A stretch of 64,000 nt of DNA. It comes from the human T2T-CHM13v2.0 reference genome, Homo sapiens. Below the pieces are notes generated by a model. It had not been told where the DNA came from and made no database searches. It worked only from the letters and a program-made list of their open reading frames with translations. The DNA lies in the NCBI RefSeq assembly GCF_009914755.1, contig NC_060942.1, one strand, 5' to 3'. Position 1 is the first letter of the stretch. Each line of letters begins with the position of its first letter. Below, piece after piece: positions 13,290 to 26,833 of this stretch. The translations under genes and the position numbers were made by a program.

Positions 13290-13924
13290 GGAAACATCCA
13301 AACTGAAGGACATTCAACCAAATAACTGGTGGTATGGTTTGACTGTGTCCTCACCAAATCTCAACTTGAATTGTATACCCCAGAATTCCCACGTGTTGGT
13401 CAGGGGCAGGTAATTGAATCATGGGGACCAATCTTTCCCATGCTATTCTTGTGATAAGTTTTGTGAGATCTGATGGGTTTATGAGGAGTTTCTGCTTTTG
13501 CTTCTTCTTCATTTTCTCTTGCTGCCACCAAGTTAGAAGTGCCTTTTGCCTCCTGCCATGATTTGGAGGCCTCCCCAGCCACATGGAACTGTAAGTCCAA
13601 TTAAACCTCTTTTTCTTGCCATGCTCGGGTGTATCTTTATCAGCAGTGTGAAAACAGACTAATTCAATTGGCCTGTAATCTCCAACGGTGTCAAGATCAT
13701 GAGGGTCAAAGGAGGACTTTAGAGTGGTTCTATACTAAACAAAAATTAAGAGCCATGAAAACTAAGTGTAATACATGATCCAGAACTGGAGTTGAATCCT
13801 TTTGCTCTGGAAGATATTTTTCAGACAACTGGCCAAACTTGAATGGGAAATGGGATCTCTGGGTGAGGTATATGAGAGTTTCTTTCTGCTGTGGCCACTC
13901 TTTTTATATATCTTTGAAAAGGTT
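13290..13924 (+). mobile_element. L1MC-like 3' fragment split by THE1 LTR
   Basis: CCAAACTGAAGGACATTC...AATAACTGG|CCTGTAATCTCC continuity across the LTR. Confidence 0.55.
13330..13666 (+). mobile_element. THE1 (A/B-like) MaLR solo LTR
   Basis: TGGTATGGTTTGACTGTGTCC...AAAACAGACTAATTCA; 5-bp TSD ACTGG/ATTGG. Confidence 0.9.
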
Positions 13925-13991
13925 TCTTTTCTTTCCTTCCTTCCTTCCTTTCTTCCTTTCTTTCTTTTTTCTTTCTTTCTTTCTCTTTCTT

Positions 13992-14022
<31 letters not shown>

Positions 14023-14062
14023 CTTTCTTTCTGCCTTCCTGCCTTCCTTCCTTTTTTTTTTT
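13922..14062. repeat. Compound (TTCC)n/(TTTC)n/(TC)n pyrimidine microsatellite
   Basis: Seen directly. Confidence 0.95.
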
Positions 14063-15497
14063 AGTTTTCTGTTCCTCTTTTTTTAATTTTTGACTGCTCT
14101 CCACCATTGCATGATGTGCCCAAGCTGACAGGGAGGTTTCTGGAGGTCTCCTTAATCCAAGGGCACTCTGAGCATCCTCCCTAGAGCCTCAGCGAGTTAA
14201 GAGCCTCAGCAAAGCCTTTCCAGGGACATGAGGCACTCTGCACGCTTCCCTTACACTCAGCTCTGGTTGGCATCACAGACAGCAAGTGGGAATCTTATCA
14301 AGTGCCAGGGATGTAGCTGGAAGACAACTCTCGTAGACTAAGGGGTCACTGTGGCATTCATCCGTGGGAAAGGCTATGCTAGAAAACACTACAAAAAGAT
14401 TTACTCTGGGTCTGGATCTCTTTTCCTTCTGGTTTATTTATTCCTTCAAAGACTGTATAATGTTAAAACTTCATACTTTCCTTTTTCTGTGCTTGTAGAA
14501 ATTTATGTCTTCCTATTTAAAATGTCAGGGTACTTTCTAGGTACATATACAAAGCACAAAAACAATGTTCACAACAATAAATGGTGGTAATTTTCTCTAT
14601 ATACTTAGAGAATTCATGAGCAACTTTGTCCTTTGTGATTGAAGACTTCCCTCTTTGAAAAGACTACGATCCAGTAGTGTTGATGTGAAAATTCTAGCAT
14701 AGGTAATTTGTGAGTTCAGGAATCATGTGTTATTTATGTCTTGAAAGTACAGTACAGGTTCTTAAGAATCACTAATAGAGTTGAATGTCTTCTTGAGGTT
14801 AATGCATCATTCACCAAACATTTGTTTTAGTTATTGTACGAAACTTAAGTTCCTACTTTGAAGATCAGGTTTCAGAAGATTGGATCTTATATAGAGTAAT
14901 AAAAATGCCTCAGAGAAGCATTTAATTTTTATTCCATTGGAAATTATAATTTAAGTCCTCAAATGCAAGTACCACTCCATCAAAATCATACATTGATTAC
15001 TCATAAGTTGAGACAAACCCAATTCATGTGAAACCATGTGCTCATTTTTGTACCAGGTCACTCAATTGTATAGCTTCTAATTTAGCTGTTTCATCATGAC
15101 CCATTGTGAAAATATGAATGATATACTTAGTCCATTTGATCTGCTTGCAACCCATGGGATTTCCTTTAAAGATATAAAACATTGTGCTAGTGCTTCCTTT
15201 TTTGTTCTGATACCCACATCCTGTGCTCTGTGGAGAGTCACAGTTTTTGAAATATGTTGACAGCCAGCACAGATAAGCAGTGTACTTAGCCTTTGGTCAA
15301 GGACTGGAAACTGGCTAGTATCTGAATCATCTGCTTAATGCAGAACTGCCCTCCTCTTAGGGAGATGCAGCCTGGTGTGTGGTATGACATGGAGCTCTAT
15401 GGTGTGTTACTGTATGGGAAGCATAGGAGACTGGTTCGAGGAGCAGTCTCTCTTTTTATATCTTTTCACTTTGATTTCAAGTATATGTAGCCAAATG

Positions 15498-15660
15498 AAT
15501 ACATATATATAATATATGTTATATATTTATATATAATGATATATATAAATAAATAAATGGATAAAGAAATGGGTCCAAGAATGTTAGTAATGATTATATA
15601 TGTAATTATATATATAAGCCACAATTATGTATTATTTATATATATAATCATATAAATATA
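15498..15660. repeat. AT-rich/(TA)n low-complexity tract
   Basis: Seen directly. Confidence 0.8.
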
Positions 15661-15968
15661 AGTGACTTAGAATGTTTATGTTTGATATTGTATCATAACA
15701 TCTTTCAAGTGTAAAACAGGATGGTTAGATTGGCTTTCAGGATGTTATGTTAGTTACTATCAAGCTGAGATGGTTAAGTGGATGGAAAACATGAGTCATT
15801 AACACCATATTTAAAATGTTAACAACTAGCAAGAAAAACATTCAAAAAAAATTGAAGAATTATATCAATACCAACTTGCTCAATATCATACATAAACATT
15901 CTAAGTCACTTAAAGCAAAAATGAGTAGGTTTGAGTAAATACAGTTGACCACATATTAAACTAATTTT

Positions 15969-16265
<297 letters not shown>

Positions 16266-17244
16266 TAAGCTAATTTTGAAATGCAGAACCGCTTTTTGTG
16301 GTTTAGTAAAATTAACTAGCCTTTAGTTTTAATTTCAGTATTTTTTCCTGCTCTGAGGTATCACCATCACATGCTGCATCAGTATTTTGGGAAAAAGTCT
16401 TTGCATGTCTTTATGGGCACTGACTTTGAGCATAAACCTTTCCTTGAGGGTTCAGCTTTTAGCAGTGGGCAGAAGTGTTGGACAAGCTTTAAACAAGTCC
16501 TTACCTTCTTGTTTTAAGGACATAATCTCCTCGGGAACTTGGAGCTTTACAGGATTGAACATGATAACTTGACTCATCACTAAGTCTCCAGCCTTTGACA
16601 CAACCAGCTCATTTCTTAGCTCTATCAATATGCGTATCATCTGGTTGCCAGCTATGGAAACAAGCCCAACTCATTAATAGTGAATATTTATAAGGAATGA
16701 CACCTTTGTGGTATTTAAGTACCATCTGTAATTTCTTGTTAGTGATGTTTTGGTAGTTTTCCTGTTGAACATTCACTGGGGAACTGATCAAGTTTACTAT
16801 GCCCTTGATCTACACTTGACATGTGTAGGTAAATTCTGAAAATGGGATACTTCTGTGCTGGCAGGGGACAAACTGTGAACACCACTATGTCTGAGCTAGA
16901 AGAAAAAAACAGTTCCATAAACAGCATGAGACATTAAAATTTGCCTTATTACTTCATCACTTCAGGGGATATCATCTATCTCTGAACGTAGGAATCCGTA
17001 TTACTTGGTCTTTTAGATCTTGTTGTCTCCAGTCTGTTTGTATCTTTTGAAGCAGGAGTTAATTTTGCACTAATTATGGTGCTAAACATTGATAACACAC
17101 TAGCCAGAGGAGTTTCCATAATAATAGAAGGAAGGTGTCCTTCATAAACAAAACTAGTTACATATTATATAATTTTGAAAATTAAGTTTTGTTCATTGTT
17201 TACTGCTTAAGATTCTACATATTGTTTGTAATCCTCTAGATAGG

Positions 17245-17560
17245 CCCAGTGGTGCTGTGGTAACACACATTCCCTGTATCTGATCAGTTTCCCTCTTACT
17301 CAGGCTTGGTACAGATGACCCTCCAGGGCAGCAGTCCCCACAGGTTGGGCCAGGATTCTAGGCTGCTGTGGTCTCATGGCATCTCCAATTCAATCCACAC
17401 TCTCGTGATCACTGAGGCCCACTGTGCACCAACTCATAAATGTTTCCCCTGAGAGAGACACACATCACTTATGCACATATTTCTTTGGCCAAAACCAATC
17501 ATATAGCCAAACCAGAATTCAGAGGGCAAGGAAATGTAAACGCTCATTTATGTAGAAGTA
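17245..17560 (-). mobile_element. MLT1 (ERVL-MaLR) LTR relic
   Basis: CACATCACTT...TTGGCCAAAACCAATCATATAGCC...AGGAAATGTA motif. Confidence 0.55.
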
Positions 17561-18189
17561 GAGAACTACTAGATGTTGAGGAACATTAGAAATCTCTTAT
17601 TATCAGCCTCCACAAATAAAGATGACATGTGTCAACTTGTTCAAACAAAGCCGATATCCATGTGAGTATGCTAAAAAGGTTAGTTTACGATTGATCATTC
17701 AGTTCTTTATTGACAAATCTAAATCAATTTGTTTTCCAGTCTATAGTAAAAAATGTAAAATAATGATCATGTGTACACACACATACATATACACACATGC
17801 CTTACAGACTTCCAGTTTCCAAATTGATACATACAGTTAAAGACTCCCCATATCACTAAATGAACAGAATAAATATGAATTATTAAAAACAGAAAAATAT
17901 GGAAAATAATAGATATCTAGCTGTGCTAAAAAATGAGAAGAACCTTTAACATACCAGAAATTATGAAAAATTGCAAAGGGAAAACTAAAGGAAAGCCATG
18001 CTGCTAAGATGAGGCCACAGTGAAAAGATGTAACCCAGTGTCCACAGAAGAACTTTTCCTTAGGAAAGACAGTTGACAGTGCAATTAGTACATGATCAAT
18101 TCTTTGGTTGAAATTTTCCCCCATTGAATTTGTGTCACTGAATTGTATTTTCTTGAGCATTTTTCCAGTTTCTAGTAGAAAGTTGTAAT

Positions 18190-18690
18190 AGGTTACATGA
18201 TTATCTAGGAAACATTGACACCCTCCCACCTTGCCTCAGGGAATAATTATACTTTTTGACATATTGTTGTTAGATAGGACACATGACTTGCTCTGAACAG
18301 TGGTGCGTGACTACAAATAGCATCAGTTTCAAGCATGGGTATTAAGAGTTTTGTCTGTTCAGTTTGTCGATCTGGTTGCTTCTGAAGTCTACCACCAGTA
18401 GAGTATGCACTGAAGAGCTGCTACCCCTATAAACCTGGGCCCCAGAGTGAGAACTATGGAGCAGACCACATGCCTCAGGGAGCACCTAGTCCCAGGAGGA
18501 GGAAAGACATGTGGGACAGACTTGAACTCAACCTGCGAGGTGAATCCTGGAAACTGGAGCACAGACTAGGTCACCTAAGTTGCAGCCAATCCACAGATGG
18601 GTGAGCAAGAGAATAAACATTGGTTCAAGCCAGTGAAATTTGAAGAGACTTATTATAGCTCATTAATGAAGGAAAGTTTTAGCTAATGCA
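18190..18690 (+). mobile_element. MLT1 (G/H-like) LTR relic
   Basis: CACATGACTTGCTCTG...GAGCAAGAGAATAAAC...AAGCCAGTGAAATTTG...GCTAATGCA. Confidence 0.6.
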
Positions 18691-19614
18691 TAAGTCAAAA
18701 CCAAGAGTTTGGAGGCAAACCTGTTAGGAAATGCTTTAGTTAAGTAAATGTAATTGATTATAAATAAATTACCCACTTAATACAATTCCACATTTATTGA
18801 GAATCCACCTACATGCCAGAGACTATGTAAGATGCTTTTCAAAAATTAAGTATGGATGTTGTTAAACAGATCCTACATTAAGATTAATTTCTTGGAAAAT
18901 TGGGCTATCCTTTCTTAATTGCTTTGTAGACAATATACGCATTCATGTACAGCTAATGATATTTTGAATTGTGCTGACTTTTTAAAAGTGTAAACAGTTA
19001 TGTTTTACTGTTAAGAATTTAAATAATCATAATTTTATTATTCTGACTGTTCAGCTTTTCAGCATTTGCATAAATTGAAGTTTTGAGAACAATTGATCTG
19101 AAAATATTATTGAAAATATACCACATGAGAGCAAGTGAACATCCTCAACATATACAAAGAAGAACAAGTGCCTAGAATGTACCCATACTGAGTGAGAGAT
19201 GGAAGGATAAAGAGTTAAATTAAAAGATGCTGGTGTCTTTCCTTTAAAGGGTATTTATGCCTACTTTTGTGTGTATATTTTCTTGGTAAAATTAAATTTT
19301 CAGGTTTCACAGTGAGGCCTGTCATTTGTATGCCTCCAATAAATTTGCTCGAATAAAAATTAATTCTAGGAAATATTTTGCTTTCCTAATAATATATATT
19401 TATCAGAAATTTCTACCAAAGTATGTGTCAGGTATGCAACCCTATAAAGTAGTTATTGTTATTATCATCTAATTTACATAAAAGAGTAAACAAAAGTTTA
19501 GAGAGATTGTGAACTTGTCTGAGTTAATATAGTTCTGAAATTTAAATTCAGGACTTCACAGAGTTTGTAAGTGCTCACTAAATAAATGTTGAATGAATGA
19601 ATTAAAAAAAATCA

Positions 19615-19903
19615 GGCCGGGTGCCAAGGCTCACACCTGTAATCCCAGCACATTGGGAGGCTGAGGTGGGCAGATCACTTGAGATCAGGAGTTCAAGACC
19701 AGCCTGACAAACATAGTGAAACCCCATCTCTACTAAAAATAGAAAAATTAGCTGGGTGTGGTGGCGGGCACCTGTAATCTCAGCTGCTTGGGAGGCTGAA
19801 GCATGAGAATCACTTGAACTGGGGAGGAGGCAGAGGTTGCAGTGAGCCGAGATTGTGCCACTGCACTCCAGCCTGGGCAACAGAGCAAGACCCTGTCTCA
19901 AAA

Positions 19904-19953
<50 letters not shown>
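19615..19953 (+). mobile_element. AluS with (TAAA)n tail
   Basis: Full dimer; tail expanded into tetranucleotide repeat 19900-19953. Confidence 0.95.
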
Positions 19954-19954
<1 letters not shown>

Positions 19955-20265
19955 GAAAACCTCTGTGAACCCTCCCCCTGCAATTGTAGACTCCTTGAGA
20001 CCAGGAATCATGGCTTTTGTATGAATTCTGCTGTTAAATTATCTTTGTATCGTCAGCATCTAGTCCATTATTATTGGTTCTCGATAAATGTTACCTGAAA
20101 CGAATACATTTCCTATGAAAAAATATAGCCTAATATTATAATATTAGAATCTGGATTGTTTTATTACTTTTTGGTTAGTCTCCCCATGCTTTATCACCTG
20201 AGTCACTCTTGAGAAATAAGTTTCCTAAATTTTTAGAGGGGGGAAGAGGCACACTACATAGAGAC

Positions 20266-20963
20266 TGTGAACTCAATAGTATCTGAGATAGGTCTCAATC
20301 AATTTAGAAAGTTTATTTTGCTAAGGTTAAGGACATACCTGTGACATAGCCTCAGGAGGTTCTGATGACATGTGCCAAAGATGGCTGGGGTAAAGCTTGC
20401 TTTTATACATTTTGGGGGATGTGAGATATTAATCATTATGTATAAGAAGTAAATTGGTTCAGTCCGGAACGGTGGGACAACTCAAGAGGGCAGGAGCTCC
20501 CAGGTCATAGGTAGATAAGAGACAAACTACTGCATTTTGAGACTTTTGAGTCTTCGATCAGTCTTTTGCTGAATGCACAATTTACACGAGAGGAGGATGG
20601 AGGAATAGTCACTTACGCTTTAGTCTGGCTCGGTGAATCTGCATTTTTACATAAACAGTAGGGCAGAGGAAGCAATCAGATATGCATTTGTCTCAGGTGA
20701 GCAGAGGAATGACTTTCTGTCCTACACCTGTGAAGATCAGCTATCGATTTACGTTGCCAGGGTGAAATTCAATGGAACTGTGTTTTAGGGTAAAGATCTT
20801 GAGGCCTTCGGGAATTTCCTTGTGGACAGATTGTGAGGGAGGTTTGTGGCTTTTTGTCTTTGCAGCTTTCTTATTTAGAAATAAAATGGGAAGCAAGTTT
20901 GCCTGATGCAGTTTCCCTTTGGCTTAATGATTTGGGGGTCTTGAGATGTATTTTTCTTTCATA
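20266..20963 (-). mobile_element. MER4A-type solo LTR (ERV1)
   Basis: ATCTGAGATAGGTCTCAATCAATTTAGAAAGTTTATTTTGC matches recalled MER4A; 4-bp TSD AGAC at 20262-20265 and 20964-20967. Confidence 0.88.
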
Positions 20964-21618
20964 AGACATTCACTCAATGCCCATATTGCAACTTCCTATC
21001 CATCCAATACTTTTTTACAGTACCTGGTATTTTTAAATGCTGAACATCTCAATGGGTTCTGAGCGAATCCATCACTCTCCTCCATGACTCCTAGTGAGGG
21101 GATTTTGTGTAAGTTTGCTCTGATAAGGTAATAAGCACACTTGCTAATGTCAAAATATCTGTTGTACCTTTCTCTTGCTATTGTCTTTATGAATGAATAC
21201 CTTTCTATTAGTTTCATTGACATTTTGGGGGGTTTTGGGATGGAGAAAAGATAAACATGTTGTTGTATTAAACAGAATTTTAGAATCTGGGTAATATTGA
21301 GATCAATAGTTGGCAAACAGAAATGAGTGAAGGATTTGAGTTTCCGGGTTCTCTTTTTTGTTGTACATGATTATATTTCCTCATCTGTAGAATGAGTGGG
21401 TTTAACTACAAGAAAATTTACAGATGTTCTGGAAATAATCCTAGGAGATGTTAAATAGGAGTTTTACGAGTAAAGAAATTTTATTGCCAAATTGCTTTGG
21501 ATGAGATAGGCTAAATAAAGAAGTTTCATTACTTTGGAAACCTTAATGTGTTAGTACTCATTGCAGAGACAGTAGCAGAGGCAGAATTTCCCAAAGAAGT
21601 CTAACCATGGAACTCCTT

Positions 21619-21620
<2 letters not shown>

Positions 21621-21656
<36 letters not shown>
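21621..21656. repeat. (AC)18 microsatellite within probable hAT relic (~21580-21710)
   Basis: Seen directly; flanks carry inverted AATTTCCCAAA/TTTGGGAAATT and CCATGGAAC/GTTCCATGG. Confidence 0.95.
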
Positions 21657-21659
<3 letters not shown>

Positions 21660-22402
21660 TATGAATACCTTTCAGGTGTAGTGTTCCATGGAAGAGAGTT
21701 TGGGAAATTTTAACCTAGACAATTGCTTTCAAATTTTGAGATTCTATGACTCTACATTAATTAACAAGGACATTTTAAGAATTAATTTTTAATACTTTAT
21801 TTCTAATGGTTTAAAGATGAAATACTAGAATAATTTAAATCGTAGTGTGAGGAAAACAAAATATATACAAGCACACATATATATGTATATGTACATCTGT
21901 ACACAATATCTATACCAAATAGTTGCAAATAAAACTAATAATTCAAGAAATATTTTCCCCATCTTCTTGATGCAAATGATAATTCTGTCTCAGCCTGAGA
22001 AATAGAGTGAATAAAGAAGCATAGATTCTCTCTCACCCTCTGCAATTTTACCCCTTAGTTGACATAATTCAGAGAAGAAACAAAATGTCATGGCATAGAA
22101 ATATGCTAACACCTTGTTCTCATGCTGCTTTCGGTTGTGGCTTTTCTCTGAGGTTCTGTGGTTCTTGTCTACTGCTGTGGCTGGAGAATACCCCAGCGCT
22201 GAAGGGGTTTTCTTTACTCTTTTCTGTATCCCATCTGCTTATTGAAAAATAAATAAGATAGGAGTTTCTTACCTTCTTCTATTGCCTACTTGAAGCAGAG
22301 GTAAGAGGAACATTTAAAAATGTAGTCTGCTGTGCCATGTACTAGACATGCTATGAGAAAGTTTACGTGCCTCATTTAATAATTAAATCTCCACAAGGGA
22401 TT

Positions 22403-22808
22403 TGATATAGTTTGGATATTTGTCCCCTCCAAATCTCATGTTGAAATGTGATCCCCAGGTTGACAGTGGGATGTAGTGGGAGGTGTTGGGTCATGGGTTG
22501 GATCCATCATGAATGGCTTCGTGCCCTCCCCATGGTAATGAGTGGAAATGAGTTCACTCAAGATCTGATTGTTTCAAAGAGCATGGCACCTCTGCCCTCT
22601 GTCTTGCTTCCCCTCTCACCATGTGGTACCCTGGCTCCTGCTCTGCCTTCTGCCATGATTGTAAGCTTCCCAAGGCCTTGCCAGAAGCCAAGTAGATGCT
22701 GGTGCCATGCTTCTTGTACAGTCTGCAGAACCATGAGCCAAAATAAACCTGTTTATAAATTACCCAGTCTCTGGTATTCGTTTACAGCAACATAAACAGA
22801 CTAACACA
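22403..22808 (+). mobile_element. MST (MSTB-like) MaLR solo LTR
   Basis: TGATATAGTTTGGATATTTGTCCCCTCCAAATCTCATG...CAGACTAACACA; TSD GGATT/GGAAT. Confidence 0.9.
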
Positions 22809-23227
22809 GGAATAGATATAAATATGTCAATTCACCTCAAATCAATTTTTGGAAGGAGATGAGCGATATCTATACTTCAACATCCCCAGGTTATCATTTT
22901 TTTTAATGGAGAAAGAAGATAAAGTAACTTATTTTTCCACACAATGGATAATTAGTTGGTAAGGTCAGTAATGGAACTTGGATCTATGAAACTCTGATAG
23001 CCAAGCTCTTTCAACTCTAAGCACCTAACATAGTACTTTTTGTATATGTGCACATTTCAACAAAAATTGACTTTCCCTATGTATGCTGTTTTCAATTGCT
23101 TAGTTCATATGCATTGTGCATCTATTTTCATTTAATTAAGCACTGTCTTACAATAACATTTCAATAAATTCAGTCTGCTTTGAGTGGATGAACAGTAATT
23201 TATTTAACCAAATCCTCTATTGTTAGG

Positions 23228-23345
23228 GACAGGAAACTCTCTCTGTAAAGGGCCAGATAATAAATATTGCAGACTTGTAGGCTATGACAACTACTTTGTC
23301 ACAGTTACTATTCATCTTTGCCATTGCACTGGGAAAGCTGTGAAA
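23228..23345 (+). mobile_element. MER58-like hAT fragment
   Basis: CTGTAAAGGGCCAGATAATAAATATT motif. Confidence 0.6.
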
Positions 23346-24029
23346 GATGCAGATTTACAATCCAGATTTATTGAATAAAACTATTCTATTTTTAAAACCC
23401 TACATAAATTAGTATTTGTTTGAACATTAATGTGGAAATATTTTTGATTTAGCTCAAGGGAATAGAGTCGAATGGAGGAGGGAAATCTATGGCTTTTCTT
23501 CATGTGTTGTTGTGTTGTTTCTCCAGTTGCCATGGGAAAACATTTTAAAAAAATTAAATCCCAAATAGTGATCCCACTGTTTCTGAGTAAGTCAATACTC
23601 CAGAGCAGATTACCCTCCTGGTTATTTTAAAAATATTTTTAACAATTGGCAGGATATATTTCTTAGATTAGTTATATCTAATCCCTCTTCTGTAGATGAT
23701 AAAAAGGCAAGGTTTGTTAAGCATATATTTTTATCTTCCCAACACAAAAATGGGATTAATAGAATAACAACCATGCCAAAATATTAATATTCTAAAACCA
23801 CATTAATCTTTTGAATAGATATATTTCAACATTTAACTGAGTTAACCCATTCAGTTACTTGAGTATATATACTACAAATAGTTTTTATTGTAGAATACTG
23901 AATGAGGCTATGTTCATCAAGTTTATACGTTTAAGTGTCTGTGAACACGTTTGTGAGTCAGGGCTGAAAGGAATGTGCTGTTATTATTTTGTGTTTGGTA
24001 TTTATCAGTTTTTCTCATCCTTTATTTCA

Positions 24030-24253
24030 CAACCACCATCTCAACCCCCAACCCCACCCTAAGAAGTCTTTTCAGGCATTTTTTTCCCTAATTGCCACCC
24101 AAATGAGAATTTAATAACACAGATATACTGTGTATCTGTTTATGTGCCATAGATATATCTGTGCTTCATACATAAAAAGAGTAAGATCATGTCACCTCCC
24201 AACAACAAATTTTGCCTCCCTGGGGCAATATTTTTCTCATTGAAAATGCATGG
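24030..24253 (-). mobile_element. MER96B-like hAT relic
   Basis: CACAGATATACTGTGTATCTGTTTATGT...CATACATAAAAAGAGTAAGAT...CCCTGGGGCAATAT. Confidence 0.65.
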
Positions 24254-24836
24254 ATTATAACTACTTCGATTGTTTTCCAAGGGTCAGACTAATCTTCCAT
24301 GAAGTATTATTGCAGGAGTATGGTAACTATGTACTAGAGAAGGCTTAGAACAACTTGCAGAGGATCCTCCCCTGTTTTAAACTTGAGCAGAAACAGGGAC
24401 CCCTTTGTGCAGACATAGCCATGTCAGACTTCTCAGCTTTCAGCTTTCATGACAAGACATCATCTTACCTCATTGGCTAAAGGACAATGATTCTCATTTA
24501 ACCACCAACACGTAATGGCTATTTTCCAAATACTCCTGGGAGATACAGTCTCAAATCCCTCTGCCTCTGGACTTATCAAAATCTGTGTACCTGAGAATAG
24601 TCTATCAATTCCTTACTCTAAAATCAATTTATTGATTTAGCCAAATCTTCAAGGAGCATCATTTTGTAAACCCCTCACTCCCTTATAGAAACTCTTACTA
24701 CTTTTCTTGATAATTCTTTAATAATTTGCTATTAAAGTCATTCTTCTACATTGAGGACCATTTTAAGAAACCACCCAAAGCAATTCATCATGGTATTTAC
24801 TATACAAAAATTCTTAAAGTTATAGCTCATTATGTT

Positions 24837-25055
<219 letters not shown>

Positions 25056-26833
25056 TGAACATTTATCAGGTTTAAATATCGAAACCCCTATCTTTTTCAA
25101 CTGGCTTAATATAGTTTGTGTATGTGATGGCACAAATTCACCAGTACAAACATTCACTGTTTTAATATGCTTAAGTGTGAGTAGCAAGTCTTTCTGGAGT
25201 TACTGTGAAATGTAGAGTTGGTTGTTCCTTGTCATGGCCAAAAAATATCAATTGTGCCAGCAAAAACACTAGTAGGTTGGGAATGCTTTCTGGTCCCCAC
25301 TGACCAAATTGAGGGTATAAGGCGAAGGCCAAATCAAGAGTAGGTGAAATACGATAATAGTTGCTTCTACATCAAACATGGGGTCATAGAGTCATGGGGT
25401 TAGGGGTTGAATTCAACTTCGAGATATTTCACAAATTTCCAATATTTTCAAAAACTTGTATTTGTAGTATTTTTAAATCAGTAAGTATATCCGTGCCAAG
25501 ACGACTGAGGGATTGACATATTTGGAGCTATATGTTTAAATATTTTTCTAATTTATTGAACATTAATAACAAAATGAATGGTTTAAGCAAATATTTTATT
25601 TTTTTAAATTTGAAACAAAAGATTTAAGGATAATTTTTATCTTGACAGTGATAGTCTCAAAGAAAGTGAAAAACACTTCCAGTTAGTTGGAGAAAACAGG
25701 TTCCAAATCGTGGTTCCAAGTGTTAAAATATCTTAGAGTTAGGATCATTAAGTGGAAGTTTGGGCTGTGTGTTTTCTGATTGCCACAAATCCATTTTGTC
25801 CATTAATGAGTTGTGGCGAGGCTAAGGGCAAACCAGCAATAGCCAAGGCATTTCTGTGATTTATTTATTAAAATGCAAGACAGAGAGTTGCTAATATGTT
25901 TATCACTAATTGTGACATAAAGTCATAATATAATGACTAATGTGAAGGAGTTGTCCTTTCTAATTTTCACAGAGAAAAATATACAAATGTTTTGTATCAT
26001 TATGGCTCAAGAAATGTATTTGCTATAGACTATTTTATTGCAAATCACATTTATTTCGAGAGTCTGATATACAATACTTTTAATCATTTTCACAAATCTT
26101 TATTTCTAACGTTTTACATCTCAATTTTTAAAAAAAATCAAAGTTACTGAAATTTAAAGCAAGAGATTCTGTGTTCTTTTCCTTGAAACTTTCCTTGCTA
26201 AGGATGTGAAGGTAATTAGCAGATTCATTCAGTTATTTACTCAACAAACATTCATTCTTTGGACACCTATTGTGGCATCAGGTGTGTGAAACTTTTATCA
26301 GCAGAATGAGTTATTTTAAAGCCTTCTATTTTGAACATATAAGATCAAAGATGAATTTATCACGTATCTTTGGCAGAACTTGGAGTAAAACCCAAGGCTT
26401 TAGATTTAGAGTTCTTATTGATCTTACCCTATCTGGAACTTGGGAAGACCCTCAAGTTTATAATGTATAGGCTTCCAAAATAATTATCCTACTAGGGAAT
26501 GTCACAGGCTGTATGCATCACTCTGTTCTACTACCAATAAATATTTTATCATAAATCTTTTGGGCATAAAATACAAGAAACAGAATGGCTTTGTCGGAAA
26601 TCTGGATTAGTTGGAGAGTCTTGCAAGTAATTTAGTAAATAAGTCTCTTAGAGCCATCTATCCAAGTATACCAAGTATTAGAATATGTATCTATTTGATT
26701 AGTTGCATTAGTTGCAATTGAAGTAATCATCTGATTAAGTTTATAGCTATTCACTGGCATTCTTGAAGACCCATCCCATCCACCTTCTACACAGTCAGTG
26801 TAGTGAACCTAGAGGAGATCTCATAAGAATCAC

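Noticed and set aside
13802-14107. F/S/L-rich and K/R/E-rich ORFs
   Set aside because: Translations of a microsatellite
14091-14380. Identification as RPPH1, RMRP, 7SK, U1, U3, Y RNA or vault RNA pseudogene
   Set aside because: Compared from memory; only short chance words match, no colinear alignment
23526-23540. RFX X-box-like GTTGCCATGGGAAA (similar half sites at ~4385 and ~11440)
   Set aside because: Imperfect isolated motifs with no supporting context
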